From a virus (lineage: Duplodnaviria; Caudoviricetes): 64,000 bases of DNA. The translations under genes and the position numbers were made by a program. Location of the stretch: the IMG/VR virus record IMGVR_UViG_3300044297_000138, positions 32,001 to 96,000 of that record; one strand, written 5' to 3'. Under the pieces are notes generated by a model that was not told the DNA's origin, searched no databases, and saw only the letters and a list, made by a program, of their open reading frames with translations. Numbering within the stretch: position 1 is the stretch's first letter; the number at the start of each line of letters is the position of its first letter. Positions 58,236 to 64,000 of this stretch are shown here, piece by piece.

Positions 58236-58423
58236 GATTGTTTTAATCTAGTCATTTTCTTTTTAATGTAAGCTGTTCTGGCAACATCATGTTCACATAT
58301 TTCAGCCAACAAAGCAATAATATAACCTAAATCATAGGCTAGTTTTTGTCCAGAAGTTTTGTGCTGGTTGCCAGAATTCTGGAGTTGTTCTATAATATAG
58401 TCTGTAAGTTGTTTTTTATTCAT
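58214..58423 (-). CDS. hypothetical protein antisense within the tRNA array
   Basis: 69-aa ORF filling the spacer; ATAAATA late-promoter-like motif just upstream on the minus strand. Confidence 0.55.
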   Translation of the reverse strand: MNKKQLTDYIIEQLQNSGNQHKTSGQKLAYDLGYIIALLAEICEHDVARTAYIKKKMTRLKQSGALNKN

Positions 58424-58437
58424 AGAAATATTTATTT

Positions 58438-58514
58438 GCCCCGGTGACGGAATTGGTATACGTGTTGGTCTTAGAAGCCAAATTTTGAGAGTTCGAGTCT
58501 CTCCTGGGGCACCA
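58438..58514 (+). tRNA. tRNA-Leu (TAG), short variable loop
   Basis: Cloverleaf, CCA. Confidence 0.88.
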
Positions 58515-58519
58515 AATTA

Positions 58520-58594
58520 CTGGCCATAGTATAATGGATAATACAGCTGCCTTCTAAGCAGTCAATCGGGGTTCGATTCCCTGTGGCCGGACCA
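58520..58594 (+). tRNA. tRNA-Arg (TCT)
   Basis: Cloverleaf, CCA. Confidence 0.9.
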
Positions 58595-58597
58595 AAT

Positions 58598-58682
58598 GCG
58601 ACTATGGTGAAATAGGTAGACACAGGAGACTTAAAATCTCCCGACTTCGGTCGTGCTGGTTCGATTCCGGCTAGTCGCACCA
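58598..58682 (+). tRNA. tRNA-Leu (TAA)
   Basis: Cloverleaf, variable arm, CCA. Confidence 0.92.
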
Positions 58683-58690
58683 AAAAGTTA

Positions 58691-58719
58691 TTGACATTGA
58701 TAGAAAGATCATATATAAT
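58691..58719 (+). promoter_or_regulatory. consensus sigma70 promoter inside the array
   Basis: TTGACA-17 bp-TATAAT. Confidence 0.85.
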
Positions 58720-58729
58720 ATAAATGTAA

Positions 58730-58804
58730 GCGGGATTGGTGCTAGTGGTAACACGGGACCTTGCCAAGGTTCAGTTGCGAGTTCGATCCTCGCATCCCGC
58801 TCCA
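58730..58804 (+). tRNA. tRNA-Gly (GCC)
   Basis: Cloverleaf, CCA. Confidence 0.9.
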
Positions 58805-58809
58805 AATGA

Positions 58810-58884
58810 GCTCCGTTAGTTCTAGTGGTAAAACATCGGTTTTGTAATCCGAGGTCGGGTGTTCGATTCACCCCCGGAGCACCA
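58810..58884 (+). tRNA. tRNA-Thr (TGT)
   Basis: Cloverleaf, CCA. Confidence 0.88.
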
Positions 58885-58892
58885 GATAATGC

Positions 58893-58921
58893 TTGACTCT
58901 ACAATTTTTTTGTGATATAAT
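58893..58921 (+). promoter_or_regulatory. sigma70 promoter inside the array
   Basis: TTGACT-17 bp-TATAAT with TGTGA extension. Confidence 0.8.
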
Positions 58922-58941
58922 TTGTTTTATTAAATATTAAT

Positions 58942-59014
58942 GCGGGTATTCTCCTGGGAGAGAATTTAGCCTTCCAAGCTAACAGAATCGGTTCGAATCC
59001 GGTTACCCGCTCCA
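58942..59014 (+). tRNA. tRNA-Gly (TCC)
   Basis: Cloverleaf with a compact D arm, CCA. Confidence 0.85.
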
Positions 59015-59021
59015 GTTTTAT

Positions 59022-59088
59022 GCGGTATGGTATTAACTGTCTGAGGGTCCACCTTAGAAGTGTTGTGAGAATCAATAATACCGCTCCA
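59022..59088 (+). ncRNA. tRNA-like RNA / pseudo-tRNA
   Basis: GCGGTAT/ATACCGC acceptor plus T-CCA; central TCTGAGG/CCTTAGA stem; no canonical D or T arms. Confidence 0.6.
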
Positions 59089-59094
59089 TTCAAT

Positions 59095-59169
59095 CGCAGG
59101 GTGGAGAAGTAGTAACTCATCAGGCTCATACCCTGAAGATCGGCGGTGCGAATCCGTCCCCTGCAACCA
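59095..59169 (+). tRNA. initiator tRNA-fMet (CAT)
   Basis: C1:A72 mismatch, CAT anticodon, CCA. Confidence 0.85.
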
Positions 59170-59182
59170 ATTTGAGGTAATT

Positions 59183-59422
59183 ATGAGACCATTGCATAAT
59201 AAAGTTATTGTTGAAAGAATTCCTGGTGAAACTACCACATCATCAGGAATTGTCTTACAAAGATCCGATGAGGTAGACAAAGCAAAAGTTATTGCGATTG
59301 GTCCAGATGTTGAAGAGGTTTCTGTCGGTGATACTGTCCTATTAGATTGGAACAGAGCAGTCAAGGCAGGAGACAATTTTGTTATTACAGTAGACAATAT
59401 CGTTTTAATTTACGGAGAGTAA
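59183..59422 (+). CDS. groES: GroES-like co-chaperonin
   Basis: MRPLHNKVIVER...TTSSGIVL...VIAIGP...VGDTVL. Confidence 0.88.
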   Translation: MRPLHNKVIVERIPGETTTSSGIVLQRSDEVDKAKVIAIGPDVEEVSVGDTVLLDWNRAVKAGDNFVITVDNIVLIYGE

Positions 59423-59423
59423 T

Positions 59424-59600
59424 ATGTCTGATGGTGGAAAAGGTTCCAGTCCAAGACCATATAGTGTAGATCAAAAAACATATTCTGATAATTGGGACAG
59501 AATTTTTAAGAAAAAAACTCCACAAGAAATAGACGATGACCGAGCCGAGCAAGAGGCTTTTGAGTTTATAAAAAAATTTAATGAAACATCAAAAAAGTAG
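59424..59600 (+). CDS. small hypothetical protein MSDGGKGSSPRP...NWDRIF (58 aa)
   Basis: GGAG RBS; 59 codons; absent from the ORF track. Confidence 0.7.
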   Translation: MSDGGKGSSPRPYSVDQKTYSDNWDRIFKKKTPQEIDDDRAEQEAFEFIKKFNETSKK

Positions 59601-59633
59601 TTAAAAAAATCTAAAGATTGGATACATATTGCT

Positions 59634-60071
59634 ATGAAGAAACTTGTAAATATCCAATCTTTAGATCATCCACTTGCACAATATTTAAAGGATGATCCGG
59701 TTCGTCCTGACATTCCACATGATGTGAGAGTGGGGTCTAATTCAACCGTGTTTGCGTTACAAGATGATGATAAATTATCCGCAATGGTATGTGTAAAATA
59801 CCAAGATAATGTTCCATCAAATATAAGTGAATTGATGGATGAACCTAAAAGTCCAAAAGTGGCAGTATTTTATACCATTTGGAGTTATATGGCTGGCGCA
59901 GGCCGTGATATGATTATGGAAACAAGAAAATGGATTGAGGGCAACAATCCTGAAATAGAAGAATTTGTTACCTATAGTCCAAAAACGGAAATGGCCAAGA
60001 GGTTTCACCTGAAAAACGGTGCATCAGTTTACCGTGAAAATGAAGATTCGGTAAACTACAAGTATGATTAA
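59634..60071 (+). CDS. hypothetical protein, possible GNAT fold
   Basis: AVFYTIWSY..GAGR.MI...FVTYSP...A.RFHLKNG. Confidence 0.55.
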   Translation: MKKLVNIQSLDHPLAQYLKDDPVRPDIPHDVRVGSNSTVFALQDDDKLSAMVCVKYQDNVPSNISELMDEPKSPKVAVFYTIWSYMAGAGRDMIMETRKWIEGNNPEIEEFVTYSPKTEMAKRFHLKNGASVYRENEDSVNYKYD

Positions 60072-60550
60072 TGTTTGGTCAGCATATACATGCTTATGCC
60101 ATAAACAAAAGACATAAAAACGCAGAATACAATAAACACCAAAGCTTTGTCCAAAATTGCAACGTGACCTTGCGCTTTTGCTCTTTTTAGTGCTGCTTCT
60201 CTTTCTGTTCTTTCTTTAATCATTCTAATACGTTCACGTTGCATTTCATCCCAAACATCTTTATTACCACTCCAAATAAGCATATCTCTTAGTTCTTTTT
60301 CAGCCTCTCTCAAAGCTTTGCTTTGTAAGGCTATTTGTAGACTCAAGGATCTTATTTGTCCGTCTGTAAGTTCTGATATTCCGGCTTTAATTTTATTGTG
60401 TGCGATATGCACTTTATCGCCGTGTTCAAAAAAGTTCGCAAATTGGCCGTAAAGATTTTTAACATCTTTACCTAATGCAACTGCTTGTTTTATACCACTT
60501 ACAGCCTGTTGAGCAGCTGTAAACGCCAAACCAATTGTAATTGGATCCAT
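60068..60550 (-). CDS. hypothetical membrane protein
   Basis: MDPITI start, coiled coil, C-terminal TM helix. Confidence 0.7.
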   Translation of the reverse strand: MDPITIGLAFTAAQQAVSGIKQAVALGKDVKNLYGQFANFFEHGDKVHIAHNKIKAGISELTDGQIRSLSLQIALQSKALREAEKELRDMLIWSGNKDVWDEMQRERIRMIKERTEREAALKRAKAQGHVAILDKALVFIVFCVFMSFVYGISMYMLTKH

Positions 60551-60552
60551 TT

Positions 60553-60735
60553 TTAAGTTCCAGATTTACAAATGTACGGGTATAATCTATTTGAACAATC
60601 TTTAATTTTCCATTCCAGGCAAGTAACCTTTCTATTGTAAACATCACCCGACCAGACCCATCGGACACACTCAAGTATAACTGGTTCCTTTGGGTCTTGT
60701 GCGGTTAATATTGTGAACAATAGAATGTCCAACAT
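60553..60735 (-). CDS. small Cys-containing exported peptide
   Basis: Hydrophobic N-terminus; 4 Cys; coupled to neighbouring genes. Confidence 0.55.
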   Translation of the reverse strand: MLDILLFTILTAQDPKEPVILECVRWVWSGDVYNRKVTCLEWKIKDCSNRLYPYICKSGT

Positions 60736-61298
60736 TATTTTGCCAGAGGGTTGTCAATTGCCTTTTGAATTTTATTGTCAACATCACGATTCATTTTTTC
60801 TAGTTTAGATTCATTATCACGTTTCATCTTGTCCATTTCATCACGAATTTTATCCAATCTTTCAACTACATCCTTACGGATAGATTTCATATCTTGGTCT
60901 GTTTCACGATTGGCTTGCTTAACATAACGTTCAACACTTTCAGTTACACCCTCGTTTCTACGAATATCATTCTTTAGGTCTGTTTTGATATCACGGGTGT
61001 AATCTGCTGTCTTGGCACTATTCTGTTCAATAACAGCCAATCTCTTGTCAAACTCAGATAAATCCGGTGCAACATATTCGGCAATCTTTTTCTTCATGCC
61101 TTGATAGTCTTTGTAAACTTCAAATGCACCGTATAAACCGCCTAGTGTTGATGAGATAAGTGTAAATGCAACCATCAATTTGGCTGGTGTGAATTCATAA
61201 CCACCGATACTGATGACAGTATCTTTAGAAGCATACTTTTTAACAGCAGCTTCTGCTTCATCAATTTTTTTGTTTACGTCTTTAATTTCTTCTGACAT
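60735..61298 (-). CDS. membrane-anchored coiled-coil protein
   Basis: One TM segment followed by a long coiled coil. Confidence 0.7.
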   Translation of the reverse strand: MSEEIKDVNKKIDEAEAAVKKYASKDTVISIGGYEFTPAKLMVAFTLISSTLGGLYGAFEVYKDYQGMKKKIAEYVAPDLSEFDKRLAVIEQNSAKTADYTRDIKTDLKNDIRRNEGVTESVERYVKQANRETDQDMKSIRKDVVERLDKIRDEMDKMKRDNESKLEKMNRDVDNKIQKAIDNPLAK

Positions 61299-61299
61299 T

Positions 61300-63273
61300 T
61301 TAGTTTCCTATTTTGTATTGTGAATTTACCATATCTTGCCATTTTGTTTCATTCGCACCACTCAATCGGCGTTGAATTCTTTGATTGTCAACGACTGGTT
61401 TTTCATACTGTTTGGCCATAAGTATAGCATTGATATCAGGTACTATTGCATTTCTATATGCATCAAAACCTGGTACATAATTCATTGCGCCAACAACTAA
61501 ACCTTGTGTAGCAACTTGCGATTCAATTGTTTTGGCTCCTTGTGATTCTTTTGCAATTTCTTTTTGAACCTTTGCAACAGCGGCCTTCATATCAGATTTA
61601 CTACCACCTGATCCACCACCAGAACGACCACCTGATGGTTCCATTTTCTTTTCAACAGTATCAGCAACTTTTTGTTCAGTCTTAGTTTGTTCTTGTTTTT
61701 GTTCTTGTTGTGCAGCAACCTGCGTAGGAGGTGGTGCAGATTGGTTTGTTGCTTGTTGTGTAACAGTTTGTGTTGCCGCAGGTTGTGTATTAACAACAGA
61801 AACCGGAGAAGCAGGAGAAACAGATGTTGCGGATGTGGCTGAAGTTGTTGCTGGCGGAGTTATTGCGTTGTTTACGTTTGTATCTGCCACAAGCTGAACT
61901 GTTCCAGTGGAAGTAGTTGTCGGTGTGTTAGATGTTGTGGTTGAAGTTGTTGTAGTGTTTGTTGTTGATGATGGTGATGTTACCACACTTTGTTGTTGTA
62001 ATACTTGTTGTGTTGCATAAGCTGTAGAATAGTTTGGACATTGACGGTCATACAAACCACTTATTGAACATTGTTGATTAAAGTAAGCTTGTGCATAACC
62101 TGGACAACCTCTATCGTATAATGGATTTGCTGTGCATTGTTGATTATAATATGCCTGAGCATAACCAGGACAACCACTATCATACAAAGCATTTATACTA
62201 CATTGTTGATTGAAATAAGCTTGTGTATATCCCGTACATCCTCTATCATATAAAGGATTAATACTACATTGTTGGTCATAATATGCCTGAGCATAACCAG
62301 GACAATCTCTATTGTATAGTGGATTTATGGAACATTGTTGGTCAAAATATGCTTGAACGTATCCTACACAATCACTTGCATATAAAGGATTAACAGAACA
62401 TTGTTGGTCGTGATATGCTACTGCGTAACCAGGACAATCTGGTGCATATAAAGGATTAGCAGAACATTGTTGGTCGTGATAGGCCTGAGCATAACCAGGA
62501 CATGATGGTGAAGAAAGTGGATTTGATAAACACAAATCATATCCACCGGTTGTTCCCCAAGAAACTGGATTAGTTGTTGGAATATTAAATCCTTGTCCAT
62601 GATAATATTGGAAGTATTCACCATTGGCCAAATTGCCTGTCATACCAGCAGTAACTGTATGTCCTGCACTAACAAAAGCAGAACCATAACGAACATTCAT
62701 TCCACCATTAGAATTGATATTCACTTCAAAACTATTTGAATTATTTGTTCCATATTCTTTGGTACCATACCAACCATATGTTGCTGAGTTTGAATTTTTT
62801 AGAACCCAAGTTGATTGACCGGTAGTATCAATCAAATCCGTCCATAATGGTGCAATCATGTAATTATATCTAGTATCTCTTAGAGTTGACAGGTTCTGTC
62901 CACCACAACATCCTGCACCAGGAATGTTACCTGAAGTAAAACTTACGATACCATTAGAATACATCCAAGAATTGCTGAATGTTTGTCCCCAAAATGGAAA
63001 ATTAAATTCCAATGGAACGTTCGCTGAACTATCATCACCTAGATATAAGTGTTGAGCGCCAGTTGTGTTAGCAATATTTTGTAATGGTAACGCTGCTGAT
63101 CCTGTGGCCACATTAACAGTTAAACCAGTTTGTCCAATAGGAATAGCAACAATTCCTCCAGTTCCATTATTAACTGAAGTATATTGATAATTATTATTAA
63201 AGGTTACTTGTGCTTCAGAACTGGTTATACCAAAAGCCAGTATTGCTGACAGCAACACCGAAATAAGTTTCAT
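61300..63273 (-). CDS. secreted protein with nidogen/NIDO-like domain and Cys repeats
   Basis: Signal peptide; DD....VPL.FNFPFWG..F......SNG.VSF...IAPLWTDL; 8 Cys repeats; T/Q-rich linker. Confidence 0.75.
   Translation of the reverse strand: MKLISVLLSAILAFGITSSEAQVTFNNNYQYTSVNNGTGGIVAIPIGQTGLTVNVATGSAALPLQNIANTTGAQHLYLGDDSSANVPLEFNFPFWGQTFSNSWMYSNGIVSFTSGNIPGAGCCGGQNLSTLRDTRYNYMIAPLWTDLIDTTGQSTWVLKNSNSATYGWYGTKEYGTNNSNSFEVNINSNGGMNVRYGSAFVSAGHTVTAGMTGNLANGEYFQYYHGQGFNIPTTNPVSWGTTGGYDLCLSNPLSSPSCPGYAQAYHDQQCSANPLYAPDCPGYAVAYHDQQCSVNPLYASDCVGYVQAYFDQQCSINPLYNRDCPGYAQAYYDQQCSINPLYDRGCTGYTQAYFNQQCSINALYDSGCPGYAQAYYNQQCTANPLYDRGCPGYAQAYFNQQCSISGLYDRQCPNYSTAYATQQVLQQQSVVTSPSSTTNTTTTSTTTSNTPTTTSTGTVQLVADTNVNNAITPPATTSATSATSVSPASPVSVVNTQPAATQTVTQQATNQSAPPPTQVAAQQEQKQEQTKTEQKVADTVEKKMEPSGGRSGGGSGGSKSDMKAAVAKVQKEIAKESQGAKTIESQVATQGLVVGAMNYVPGFDAYRNAIVPDINAILMAKQYEKPVVDNQRIQRRLSGANETKWQDMVNSQYKIGN
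62010..62540 (-). repeat. 8x 66-bp tandem repeat (QQCSxNPLYxxxCPGYAQAYxx)
   Basis: Visible in both protein and DNA. Confidence 0.9.
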
Positions 63274-63749
63274 TTAGAATCTTCTTTAACTTTTGTTGGA
63301 ATTTTATCTGGGTTTTCTTCCCAATATGCCTTGGCATCTACACCAATTTTACCATCAACTGGACATGGTGTTCCTGCACTCATCATGGCATCAAACACTC
63401 TACGATCTTGGCATAATGTGGCCACAGCGGCAACTTTCATTCCCATATCGTATAGGTTTTTGGCAAGTTTAATACGTTCACAATTCATGTCTCTTGCGGT
63501 GGTACCGAAAGACATACCAAAAATTTGTGTTTGGACTGCACCAGACGCACCAACAACGCACAAATCGTTATTGATGGATGTAATTGCGGGTGCGATAGCA
63601 GAAGGTGGAGGAGTGTGTACGGTTGTTTCGGATTTTGTGTAACTGGTGCTATTACTGTTACTATTTGAAGTCGAATCAGTTACAATGGTCTGTGCCATTG
63701 ATGATGTAGCCATGACAAAAAGCACCATTCCGGTGATCTTTTTGAACAT
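63270..63749 (-). CDS. secreted Cys-containing protein
   Basis: Signal peptide; PPPSAIAP...DLC...NCERIK...LCQD...GTPCP. Confidence 0.75.
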   Translation of the reverse strand: MFKKITGMVLFVMATSSMAQTIVTDSTSNSNSNSTSYTKSETTVHTPPPSAIAPAITSINNDLCVVGASGAVQTQIFGMSFGTTARDMNCERIKLAKNLYDMGMKVAAVATLCQDRRVFDAMMSAGTPCPVDGKIGVDAKAYWEENPDKIPTKVKEDSK

Positions 63750-63767
63750 ATTTTTCCCTTTTAGGTA

Positions 63768-63796
63768 TTGACAAAGATTATCATTTACTGTATAAT
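63768..63796 (+). promoter_or_regulatory. consensus sigma70 promoter
   Basis: TTGACA-17 bp-TATAAT. Confidence 0.85.
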
Positions 63797-63806
63797 GTGA
63801 TATAAG

Positions 63807-63814
63807 TATTTATA
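63807..63814 (-). promoter_or_regulatory. T4-type late promoter for the minus-strand operon
   Basis: TATAAATA on the minus strand, about 57 nt upstream of ATG 63749. Confidence 0.75.
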
Positions 63815-63839
63815 CCTTGTAAAAAAGAAAGAGGATATT

Positions 63840-64000
63840 ATGGATGTAAAAATATTTAAACTGGTAACCGGTGAAGAAATCATGGGTGAGGTCATCGGTG
63901 ATGGTGGAAAATTTACCGTTAAAAACCCAGTTTTGGTTGCTGTAATGCGTGGAAAAGATGGAGTACCTAATGTGGGATTCGCACCTTTCCCAACATATTC
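63840..64000 (+). CDS. hypothetical protein, truncated by the window end
   Basis: GAGG RBS; MDVKIFKLVTGEEIMG... Confidence 0.65.
   Translation, partial: MDVKIFKLVTGEEIMGEVIGDGGKFTVKNPVLVAVMRGKDGVPNVGFAPFPTY

Noticed and set aside
55065-58682. tRNAs with TGA, TAG and TAA anticodons as stop suppressors / recoded genome
   Set aside because: These anticodons read TCA (Ser), CTA (Leu) and TTA (Leu). Core genes are intact in the standard code, and no CTA, TTA or TCA anticodon was found.
54792-59129. ORFs of 60-118 aa overlapping tRNA genes
   Set aside because: They are translations of tRNA sequence on either strand.
62010-62540. CRISPR-like array
   Set aside because: The 66-bp units are in-frame degenerate coding repeats without unique spacers; no cas genes are present.

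Overview
This window is 64 kb of a large T4-like myovirus genome, almost all on the + strand. 1-24.7 kb: tail-fibre and adhesin region with two repeat-rich fibres, a beta-propeller, a 6x LamG protein and ten paralogous glycine-rich proteins. 24.7-39 kb: the canonical T4 morphogenesis block (gp13-gp23, gp3). 39-54.6 kb: replication, recombination and transcription genes (uvsY, uvsW, gp55, gp47, gp46, gp45, gp44, gp62, regA) mixed with accessory genes (cytidylyltransferase, peptide deformylase, a DruA/DUF4338-like protein, glycosyltransferase, dNTP pyrophosphohydrolase, Hsp20, rubredoxin, dCMP deaminase, O-acetyltransferase). 54.9-59.2 kb: a 27-tRNA array covering all 20 amino acids, interleaved with structured non-coding RNAs; one more tRNA lies at 52.8 kb. 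60-63.7 kb: a late-promoter minus-strand operon of secreted or membrane proteins. The main new candidate is an apparent ribosome-coupled transcription attenuator directly upstream of the tRNA array (54583-54814). Its 34-codon leader samples 19 of 20 amino acids and nearly every isoacceptor in the array, so it could sense tRNA shortage of almost any kind and switch on phage tRNA supply. All calls come from manual reading; no database searches were run.
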